A stretch of 18,764 nucleotides of DNA from NCBI GenBank assembly GCA_037481775.1, contig JBBFKZ010000026.1, positions 1 through 18,764 of the forward strand. The letters are read 5' to 3'. Under the pieces are notes generated by a model. That model did no database searches. It saw only the letters and a program-made list of their open reading frames with translations, and was not told the origin of the DNA. The translations under genes were made by a program, and so were the position numbers. Shown in pieces: positions 10,078 to 17,523 of this stretch. The stretch's first letter is position 1. The number at the start of each line of letters is the position of its first letter. This DNA comes from Candidatus Bathyarchaeia archaeon (lineage in GTDB: Archaea; Thermoproteota; Bathyarchaeia; Bathyarchaeales; Bathycorpusculaceae).

Positions 10078-10257
10078 GTTTGGTAGCAGTGCATTATGTC
10101 ATGAATTAGGCTGTTGTGCAGAAGTTTGTTTTCGCGGCTTAGTTTACACTTATGGAATGATTCTGTTGAGAGGGGTAACCGGGAAAGTTATAAAATGTTT
10201 CTTGCGGAGTAGTTGCGGCCTATTAGAGGAATAATTGGTTATGTAAAAGTTGATCAG

Positions 10258-10821
10258 CTAGTGATCTGAACGTCGGTAACGCAGTGGCGGAAAATTTTCA
10301 ACGGCAAAAGAGAAGGTATACAACTCAAGGAAGACCATTCGTAGCTGATCGAACTCATCCATACGCTTTTTGGCTTCGATTGGTTGCTGGCTGGCTTTTT
10401 GTTTGGACCATGCCTCGTAGGCGGCTTCCCATTTCCTCAAGTACTCCATCGGTTCGATGCTGCATATCATGAATAGCTTTTTAAGTCGTTTGAGCAGGAC
10501 GGACTGCTTTTTCTTGGGAATGAAGATGCGGGCTATTTCTGCGTATTGGTTCATTAGTTCAACAGCTTCATCTAGCCTGTTCTGTTCTTTCAACAGTTTT
10601 GCCCTTTCGTAGTACTCGGTGAACAGGTTAATGCGCAGGTAGCCTATCTGCGTTAAAAGGAAGCGCTTCTTTTCCCTTGGTTTAGCGTTGCTTTTAAGGA
10701 ATTGTTTTAGCCAATTCTCGTTTATCAATGGAAAGTCGAATTGCCTGTTTCTGACGGCAGCCTTGTTCAGCTCGTCAAGTTTCTGCTTAAGTGTTTGAAA
10801 AAGTTCTTCAAGTTCTTCCAA
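10258..10821 (-). CDS. hypothetical highly charged alpha-helical protein
   Basis: 187 aa, K/E/L-rich and protein-like, with a TATA-like TTATATGT upstream. No family recognised. Confidence 0.65.
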   Translation of the reverse strand: MEELEELFQTLKQKLDELNKAAVRNRQFDFPLINENWLKQFLKSNAKPREKKRFLLTQIGYLRINLFTEYYERAKLLKEQNRLDEAVELMNQYAEIARIFIPKKKQSVLLKRLKKLFMICSIEPMEYLRKWEAAYEAWSKQKASQQPIEAKKRMDEFDQLRMVFLELYTFSFAVENFPPLRYRRSDH

Positions 10822-10876
10822 GGTTTTTTCTTTTAATTTTAAGCCCTCCCCTCGAAAAGCGTTTCAGGCTCTACAT

Positions 10877-10892
10877 ATAATAAGCTTATTAT
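10877..10892. promoter_or_regulatory. 16-bp perfect palindrome overlapping a TATA-like box
   Basis: ATAATAAGCTTATTAT, overlapping minus-strand TTATATGT (10873-10880) upstream of the 10821 gene. Confidence 0.45.
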
Positions 10893-10906
10893 TAGGTTTG
10901 TGTGGG

Positions 10907-11107
10907 CTAGAAAGGTTGGAAGATTCGCATAACAACTGTAGCCATGAAGGCTATCCCTAAGGCTAAGGCTACAACTCGGAGGCGCTTTTTTTCGATCATA
11001 ATCTGCGGTTCTGTGATGGAGCTTATTATTTCTGTGGTTATAAGCAGGATTATCGCCATGACGGCTAGCCAAAGGCTTATGTCGGATAAAGTCATTGGAA
11101 AATTCAT
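10907..11107 (-). CDS. small two-TM membrane protein
   Basis: 66 aa with two hydrophobic helices separated by EPQIMIEKKRLR. ATG lies 2 nt after the upstream gene's stop. Confidence 0.8.
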   Translation of the reverse strand: MNFPMTLSDISLWLAVMAIILLITTEIISSITEPQIMIEKKRLRVVALALGIAFMATVVMRIFQPF

Positions 11108-11109
11108 TG

Positions 11110-11964
11110 TTAGCTCTCCACCAGCTGATACCAGAGTTCAACTGTCTCGCCATCAGGCACTATATTGTCCTTCTGGAGGGTAACTGTTTTTCCTGAGGCT
11201 TTGGCTATGGCGCATGCAATGGCGCTTGCAAGCGGGCAGCCTAGATAGTGTATGCTCTTAAGCTCTTCTGTTATGTAGAGGTTTCGATACGGCGAACCTA
11301 TCATTTTGAGGTAAAATCCGTTGTCTTCCTGTTTTATTTCCACTTCTTTTGCCAGTTGCAGGTTTTCAGTTATCAGCGGCGGCAGGATTTCTAATAGTTC
11401 GGTTAGTTGGAGTTTTGTTATGTCTCTTTTCAGTTCTTTTTCCAGCTGTTCTAGCAAGCCTAATCCTGGTGGAGCCACGCAGATGCCGTTTGGGTTTTCG
11501 AGTAGGAATTTGCTTTTGGCTAATTCCTCGATGGATGGCATTCCGCTGGTGCTTGCAGAGATGAAGACTACGCTTTCCTTGAGTCCTTTTAAGTGCTGTG
11601 GGAGATATACATCCTTCGGGTAAGAGGGGATGTAGTAGGCTTTTCCGGTAATTTGTAGGTCTCGGAGTATTCTGTCTGTGGTTAAGTACTCTGATAAGGC
11701 TGTTGAGGTGAGCATGCTGCTTGCGACATATCTTGCGGGTTTTATGAAGAAGAAGAGGACTCCCCAGAAGGTTAGGCTTAAGCCGATGAATGCGAGTGTA
11801 GTGGAATTTGCTATTATGGCATATGCTAATGCCAGTGCTCCTGGAATTAGAAGCGCTAAACCCACTTTTACCGAGGGTACATTGGCCTTGCCTGATTTTG
11901 CCTTCGGATTTTCAACCACGTTTTTTTGAGGGGCAATTTCAGTGTTTTGATTTTGCGCGCACAT
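11110..11964 (-). CDS. membrane-anchored protein with a V4R-like C-terminal domain
   Basis: Two N-terminal TM helices, then a soluble domain with APPGLGL and GCPLASAIACAIAKASGK, reminiscent of V4R/heme-NO-binding-like folds (inference). Confidence 0.7.
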   Translation of the reverse strand: MCAQNQNTEIAPQKNVVENPKAKSGKANVPSVKVGLALLIPGALALAYAIIANSTTLAFIGLSLTFWGVLFFFIKPARYVASSMLTSTALSEYLTTDRILRDLQITGKAYYIPSYPKDVYLPQHLKGLKESVVFISASTSGMPSIEELAKSKFLLENPNGICVAPPGLGLLEQLEKELKRDITKLQLTELLEILPPLITENLQLAKEVEIKQEDNGFYLKMIGSPYRNLYITEELKSIHYLGCPLASAIACAIAKASGKTVTLQKDNIVPDGETVELWYQLVES

Positions 11965-12054
11965 TTTGTTTTACTGCTCGCTTTTTTGGTTGGCTGTCTC
12001 ATGAGCTTTTTGCTCTTGATGGAGATGGCTTCGTTCCTATTAAGTTTTCAGAAA

Positions 12055-14106
12055 TTAAATCAGACTTTTCCAAACAAGTTTTGGCTTGATTCCGCTGGCA
12101 TTGAGGTCGGGTTTTATGAAGCCGTATTCGTGTAGGCGTTTTAGTTTTTGCGTGAGAATATCTGGTTGCATGGTGCTTCCGGTTTTGTTTTTGATGGCGT
12201 TGTTGATTTCTTCGATTGTAAAGGCGTGTTTTTCTTTGCTTAGCTCGGAAATTGTTTGGAGTAGCATTTTGTCTTCCGGTGAGGCGAAGTTATTGAAGAT
12301 TTTTAGGTTGCTTGTTCTTCTACGCCAGTCGTCGGCATATTGCGATGTCTTCGCGACTATTATTACGGCTATGGAGAGAGCTAGAAGTGCTTGTTGGGCG
12401 GGGATGCCTAGTGATATTAGCGATTGGGTTTTGATTGGCTGCCAGTGTGAGGCTATGGCTTCTCCGAAGCTTAAAAGTTTGTCCTCATATTGTGGATAGC
12501 CTGTTGTGTTATATGTTAGGATTACGAGGCTTATACGCACATATTTTTGTTGTACTGTGAGGCCGGTTTTGAACGTTGCTTTCTCATACCAGTAAAGCGT
12601 TACTTGCGTGTAGTTTTCGGGTGTGGTGAAAACGAGGTATCGTGCTGTTATCGGAAATCCTTCTTCGGTTAATTGTATGTCTTTGGAGTCTATGACGGAA
12701 ACTATGGGGTATTTGCCTTGCGCGGTTTGGTAGGAGATTAGGCATACTTCCCAGTTGTGTAGGTTTGAGATGCTGTCTGCGCTGCCAATCATGACGAAGA
12801 CGGCTGGTTCTGAGGAGTTCGCTGGAATGTATGCGTATACCAGCGAGGCGTCTTGTTTTGCGATTCGTTCGTATTCAACGTCGCGATATAGGAATTTAAG
12901 GGTATAGTCTGGGATTTGTGGGAAGATGTTTGCGGTGTTTTCCCATGTTGAGGTAACTTCTATCTGGTTTTGTGCAACGGCGAAGGTTGGCGCGTTAATG
13001 CTTAAGGCTACTGCGGGAAGCACCAGCAATAGAATAAGTAGTTTTGCCCAGAATTTTGAAGAAGGCTTCGCCGGCGAGGTAGCGAGGAATTTTCCGCAGT
13101 TCAGGCAGAAGCTTTGGTTTTTTTGTGGTTTTTCGCATTCTGGGCAGGAGGTAGCTGCAGTTTTTTGTAGGAAGCGTACTTTTAGAAGTTTTTCGGCTAT
13201 GAAGAGGGTTATGAGCATGCCGATGAATGTTAGGATTAAGCCGGCAATGGTGTGGAAGATTAGCATGGCGATTTCTTCGCCGAAGAGGTAGGCCGCGGAG
13301 AGTATGGTGGATATGCGGACTATGTTTAATGTTTCGAATATGGCGAAGCCTATGGCGAAGATTAGCAGTTTCTTTATGGTTGATGTGGAGACGATTAGGG
13401 TGAGGAAGAATGCGAACATGATGAAGGCTATCAGCGTGTATATGCCAGAGCACGGCAGGTCAACGGTGAAAGTGGCAGGCTGACCTCCTACAGTCGTGAG
13501 CAGCAGTGTTGGTGCTCCGTAGGCTGTAGTTAATTCGACGGGGACACCAAAGGTTTTGAGCAGCGTGTAGGAGGCTTGGGTGTTAACATTCGCCAAGTTT
13601 CCGCCTATTGTCTGCATGATCTCGTTGGGTATGGGCACTAAGAATAGAAGGATTAAAAGGGGTAGGATGATTATTCTTAATGTTTTCATGTTAAAGAGGA
13701 TGAGTACCACGCCTGAGATGAATAGTGGTAGGGAAAGTAAGTGATATGCTAGGGGGCTAAAAGTGTGAGAGCCATACCAGTAGATGAGGAAAGCGATGAG
13801 ACAAAGACTTAATCCAACAAGCTCGTCCATGAACTTGATTTTTGGCTTTTTCTGCACTTCATCTAAGACTAGTGAAGCTGTGAACAAGTCTTTTCTCTGG
13901 TATAATAGGAAGCCTAAGAAAAAGGGTATTAGAACAACATGAGAAAGAGCTTCCGCGTTTAGCGCTTCGTTTGCGATGATTTCTAGGTCACGCCAGTAAA
14001 CCAGAACAATTAGCAATATTATTAGCGCAGTTGCCAGAATATGTGGATAGTAGACTTTTGCCTCATTTACTGATTCGGTAAGCTTTCTCATAAATGTTAC
14101 ATCCAT
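12055..14106 (-). CDS. exosortase/archaeosortase family protein fused to zinc-ribbon, EpsI-like and wHTH-like domains
   Basis: About 8 N-terminal TM helices with the triad motifs VDLPCSG (Cys at 13450-52), LNIVRI (Arg) and IFHTIAG (His), plus SHVVLIP and LVPIP. Then CPEC...CLNC, a TM, an extracellular domain with LHNWEVCL and LYWY, another TM and a basic helical C-terminus. Start could be 14091. Confidence 0.9.
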   Translation of the reverse strand: MDVTFMRKLTESVNEAKVYYPHILATALIILLIVLVYWRDLEIIANEALNAEALSHVVLIPFFLGFLLYQRKDLFTASLVLDEVQKKPKIKFMDELVGLSLCLIAFLIYWYGSHTFSPLAYHLLSLPLFISGVVLILFNMKTLRIIILPLLILLFLVPIPNEIMQTIGGNLANVNTQASYTLLKTFGVPVELTTAYGAPTLLLTTVGGQPATFTVDLPCSGIYTLIAFIMFAFFLTLIVSTSTIKKLLIFAIGFAIFETLNIVRISTILSAAYLFGEEIAMLIFHTIAGLILTFIGMLITLFIAEKLLKVRFLQKTAATSCPECEKPQKNQSFCLNCGKFLATSPAKPSSKFWAKLLILLLVLPAVALSINAPTFAVAQNQIEVTSTWENTANIFPQIPDYTLKFLYRDVEYERIAKQDASLVYAYIPANSSEPAVFVMIGSADSISNLHNWEVCLISYQTAQGKYPIVSVIDSKDIQLTEEGFPITARYLVFTTPENYTQVTLYWYEKATFKTGLTVQQKYVRISLVILTYNTTGYPQYEDKLLSFGEAIASHWQPIKTQSLISLGIPAQQALLALSIAVIIVAKTSQYADDWRRRTSNLKIFNNFASPEDKMLLQTISELSKEKHAFTIEEINNAIKNKTGSTMQPDILTQKLKRLHEYGFIKPDLNASGIKPKLVWKSLI

Positions 14107-14178
14107 AATAGCTTAAGTTGAAAAATAACAATGGACTAATTTAGGGATTATTCTTCGAAAAAAGTAAAGAAAGGTAGG

Positions 14179-14748
14179 TTAAATTGGCAGAGATCGGGGT
14201 TTTCGTAATGCCATGTAAGCGCCAAAAGCGACTATCATTGCAGTTGTCGCTATCACGGTACCTAACGGAACCTCGGGGATAACCTGCTCTGGAACATTCC
14301 AGCAGAAAGTCACATGAGAAATGCCCTTTCCGGCCGGTGCGTCCAGATCTGTATCGCCAGTGGTTGGTGGAATATATTCATATAAATAAGCTGTTGATAG
14401 GCCGCCGCTGGAATCGCTTTCGCTATGCCTCCCTGTTTCGGCTCTCCCCGTTTTGACTATTACCGCGCTGATAGGCAGTGTTGACGTCCAATTAAATGTA
14501 TAGCCGTCTTTGCTGGTAACGGTTATAGTGTTGCCGTTGACTGTTGCAGTGAAGGAATTAGGAGAATCTTCAACCCAAGAGTCAAACTTGTAGCTATAAC
14601 TGAAACTTGAAGCATAAACTTGCTCCCAACTATTTGACTATGGAGATATAAGTGTTGGTGTAACCGAAGCAGCCATTGCAGTTGCAATTCCTACTGTCAA
14701 AAGAAGCATCGTTATAATAAACCCTATACTAGCAGATTTGTTTTTCAC
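14179..14748 (-). pseudogene. secreted protein with a VIPEVPLGTV sorting tail, interrupted by an in-frame TAG at codon 37
   Basis: Manual translation from GTG 14748: MKNKSASIGFIITMLLLTVGIATAMAASVTPTLISP*SNSWEQ...SAVIVKTG...GKGISHVTFCWNVPEQVIPEVPLGTVIATTAMIVAFGAYMALRKPRSLPI. 190 codons in one frame, TAG at 14638-14640, GAGGAG SD-like motif upstream. Confidence 0.85.
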
Positions 14749-14786
14749 TTCCTCATTTCTCCTCATTTAAGTAAAGCGAAAACGCA

Positions 14787-14794
14787 CTATATAA
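14787..14794 (-). promoter_or_regulatory. TATA box for the 14748 gene
   Basis: Minus strand TTATATAG about 40 nt upstream of the GTG start. Confidence 0.55.
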
Positions 14795-15105
14795 GAGTTT
14801 ATAGATAAGTAATATAGAAAAGTTTGAATTTGTTCTATTCTTACGCAGTTTTGATATTCGAAAATGCAAGTTTTTAAGTCATTTCAATTAGACTTTTAAT
14901 ATTACAAAACCCCGATTCATTATCGGATTTATCTATTGTAGCTGAACACGGAATGCCCAGAAAAACAGGCGCAAAGCAAAAATGTATAAGTGTAAATGTA
15001 GAAACAAAAACAGAAAAAAGTTCTTCAAGGGTTTTTCAAAGCCCGCTTCAGCCTAAACTCGTGCCTTCTTAGGAAGGGTTCATTACCATTGAACCGACAA
15101 GCTTA

Positions 15106-16002
15106 CTAAGGGATGTTTAGCTTGAGTTTTTTAGTCTTTGCTATGAAAGCGAGGAAGCAGGCGCCAACCGCGGCTACTGTTCCCAAAGGCAGTTCTGGAA
15201 TAACATTGATTTCTTTCAGCACACAGAGGTTTGTTGTTGTGGTTAATCCTATCTGATCGTCTATGCCAATTAGGTCTTGAGTGCAATCGCTGTGGAGGTA
15301 CTGCGTCGGCCAGACGCCTCGGGTCCAAGCCTTAACTTTTATTACCGTTCCGATTTGGGATGGAGCTGTTAAAGTTACTGCTGCTATGCCTGTAGCATCA
15401 GTTAAAGCCTCAAGTTGGCTTAGTGTTCCACCCACCGCCTCGAATTTAATCTTGACATTGGCTCTGCCGTTGCCGTTGCCATCTGCGAGTTTGACTTTCA
15501 ATACCACGCTTTCACCTGGGCCCATAACGTTCGGCGCATTAACCCATTGCAGGGTATCGCCGTTTCGGCAGACATCCTTGCCTGTGGCTTCCGCAGCAAG
15601 AGAATTACCATATGGTGAAGGGTTAGAGCCGCTGAGGATTTTCCAAATGGCGCCTTGAACATCAGCTGCTTCATCATTGCTTTGCGGCGGATCATGCCAT
15701 GAGAGGACATAGGCAATAGCACGCCAAGTAGGCGTATCTGGGGCGCTCGTCTTGGTGAATGTGTAGGAGTGCCCGATGTAGAGATTGACGTTGTATTCCA
15801 TGCAGTATGCCCTAGTAGATGTACCAGAATATTGGATGAGGATTTCTCCCGCCCAGTAAGTTTTATTATAATTGTGCGTAAACGTTTTGCCTTTGCCTGT
15901 TCCGGAGACGTATACGTTAACTGTTTGTGCGGCAACTGTTGAAATGCACAGGATCACTGCTAATAGGCTTAATGCAGTTAAAGCAAATACACTTCTTCTC
16001 AT
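15106..16002 (-). CDS. secreted thioester-domain (TED/TQXA-like) surface protein with an Ig-like insert and a VIPELPLGTV sorting tail
   Basis: Likely start ATG 16002 (GGAGAAGG upstream; signal peptide MRRSVFALTALSLLAVILCISTVAA). Motifs RAYCME, DVQGAIWKIL, invasin/Big-like TDATGIAAVTLTAP and TQDLIG, then NVIPELPLGTV-TM-KTKKLK. Confidence 0.8.
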   Translation of the reverse strand: MRRSVFALTALSLLAVILCISTVAAQTVNVYVSGTGKGKTFTHNYNKTYWAGEILIQYSGTSTRAYCMEYNVNLYIGHSYTFTKTSAPDTPTWRAIAYVLSWHDPPQSNDEAADVQGAIWKILSGSNPSPYGNSLAAEATGKDVCRNGDTLQWVNAPNVMGPGESVVLKVKLADGNGNGRANVKIKFEAVGGTLSQLEALTDATGIAAVTLTAPSQIGTVIKVKAWTRGVWPTQYLHSDCTQDLIGIDDQIGLTTTTNLCVLKEINVIPELPLGTVAAVGACFLAFIAKTKKLKLNIP

Positions 16003-16042
16003 TTGTGAAGCCTTCTCCGAGCATGAGCTTTGATGCGGCAAG

Positions 16043-16050
16043 TATTTAAA
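16043..16050 (-). promoter_or_regulatory. TATA box for the 16002 gene
   Basis: Minus strand TTTAAATA about 40 nt upstream of ATG 16002, which supports the shorter start. Confidence 0.6.
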
Positions 16051-16118
16051 CATTGATGAAAGAGGCTTATAGAACAAAGCAAAAATGTTCCATACGTCCA
16101 GTTTACTGAGCGTTATTC

Positions 16119-16802
16119 TCAGAGCGCCGACTTCAAAATTGCCTTGAAGATTTTGAAGCCGTCGGGTAGCGTTTTAAGCCTTGAAACGCCGTTTGCGCGT
16201 TTTTTGCAGCTTATTGGGATTTCTACTAATTTGAAGCCGTTTTTTAGGCTTTTTACTGTTAGCTCTGTTTCAATGTCGAAGCCGTCGGATTCTAGGCTTA
16301 TGTGCTGTAGGAAGTCTTTTTTGAGGGCTCTTAGGCCTGTTTGGCTGTCGGTGATTCTTTTTCCTGTCAGAACCATTATTGTTGCGTTGATGAGGCTGTT
16401 TCCGAACTGGTGAACACTGGATGTGTGGTCTTTTGCTTGGCCTAGGAAGCGCGAGCCGGCTACCACATCGGCGCCGTCAAAAAGCGGAGTTATGAGGTCG
16501 GGGATTTCTTTTGGGTTATGTGATCCGTCTGCGTCGATGGTTATGATTATGTCGCCTTGGGCGTGCTCGAGACCTTTTCTTAGGGCGTAGCCCTTCCCGC
16601 GGTTGCGCGGGTAAGAGACTACTTGAACCTTGTATCTGCTGGCTACTTCTCTTGTGCGATCCTTGGAGCCGTCGTCTACGACGAGGATTTCGTATGGCAT
16701 CTTCAGCGTTTCCAATACTTGCATGGTCTCCTCTACAACATTGCCTATGGATTTTTCTTCGTTATAGGCTGGAATGATAACAGAGAGCACGCTGCGTTGC
16801 AC
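16119..16802 (-). CDS. family 2 glycosyltransferase, DPM1/polyprenol-phosphate glycosyltransferase-like
   Basis: SVIIPAYNEE, VVDDGSKDRT, NRGKGYAL, IDADGSH (DXD), DVVAGSRF, TDSQTGLRA. Probable GTG start at 16802 after a G-rich SD. Confidence 0.95.
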   Translation of the reverse strand: MQRSVLSVIIPAYNEEKSIGNVVEETMQVLETLKMPYEILVVDDGSKDRTREVASRYKVQVVSYPRNRGKGYALRKGLEHAQGDIIITIDADGSHNPKEIPDLITPLFDGADVVAGSRFLGQAKDHTSSVHQFGNSLINATIMVLTGKRITDSQTGLRALKKDFLQHISLESDGFDIETELTVKSLKNGFKLVEIPISCKKRANGVSRLKTLPDGFKIFKAILKSAL

Positions 16803-16912
16803 GAAGACCCCCCTTTCTCTAAACTTGTAAGGTAGGCTTACTTGCAAATAAGGTTTTATGAAGAAAGCGTATAGAAAAGTTTTGAGAATGATCTATAGGA
16901 TACTTCTTGTTT

Positions 16913-17482
16913 TTAATCTGAAGGTAAAGCCTTGATGGTTATGTCAAAAGCAAATTCTTTCACGTTGTTATCTATTACGTAAGTTAAGAAGGCGACATCT
17001 GAGGAGAGGGCTAGGCTTATGGTTACGTAGACTGATTCGCGTGGGTTTATGATTGTATCGTTGTAGTTCCAGGTTATTTTTAGTGGTTGGCTTATGGGTA
17101 GCTGTATGGTAACGTTTTCTCCGCGGTTGTTGCGGAATGTGAAATTTGAGGTAGTGAGGTTCAATTTTATGGGTATGTTGCTTTGGCTCTTAATGTAGAA
17201 GGAGTTGTTTGCTATAGTGCCTAGGTAAAGTGTGCCCCAGTCGAGGTATTGGTGGCCGTCTTGGCTTAGGTGTATGTCTCCGCCGTAGGCTTCTACGCCT
17301 ATTACGCGGATTATGCCGAAGCTGGGGAAGCTTGTGTTGTGATAGCTGCTTAGCCAGATGGAAGCCAACATGCTTAGAAGCAAAGTTAAGCCTGAAACGA
17401 TTACTATTAGCAGTATGGTTTTCTTTGAGCGATGAAGTAGCTGGAGCAGCGAGTTAATGTAATACTTCAATTCATAAACCAT
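16913..17482 (-). CDS. secreted or membrane-anchored beta protein, paralog of 9456-9905 (TasA/CalY-like candidate)
   Basis: N-terminal TM, then GIIRVIGVEAY, LDWGTLYLG...FYIKSQSNIP, ITWNYNDTIINP...VTISLALSS, FAFDITI. Several N-glycosylation sequons. Confidence 0.75.
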   Translation of the reverse strand: MVYELKYYINSLLQLLHRSKKTILLIVIVSGLTLLLSMLASIWLSSYHNTSFPSFGIIRVIGVEAYGGDIHLSQDGHQYLDWGTLYLGTIANNSFYIKSQSNIPIKLNLTTSNFTFRNNRGENVTIQLPISQPLKITWNYNDTIINPRESVYVTISLALSSDVAFLTYVIDNNVKEFAFDITIKALPSD

Positions 17483-17523
17483 CTCATTTAATACATGCGA
17501 AAGCCTAAATAGTTACCGGAAAA

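Noticed and set aside
12086-13453. Alternative-frame and antisense ORFs inside the exosortase, including His/Arg-rich 12995-13453
   Set aside because: By-products of the A/C-rich codon bias of the real gene; the same applies to 8657-8893 and 17869-18087.
14638-14640. Genome-wide TAG reassignment to pyrrolysine
   Set aside because: Several genes in the window end at TAG straight after natural C-termini, and no pyl genes are visible.
16003-16077. N-terminal 25-aa extension given by the ORF track
   Set aside because: It overlaps the TATA box and SD; the signal peptide begins at ATG 16002.
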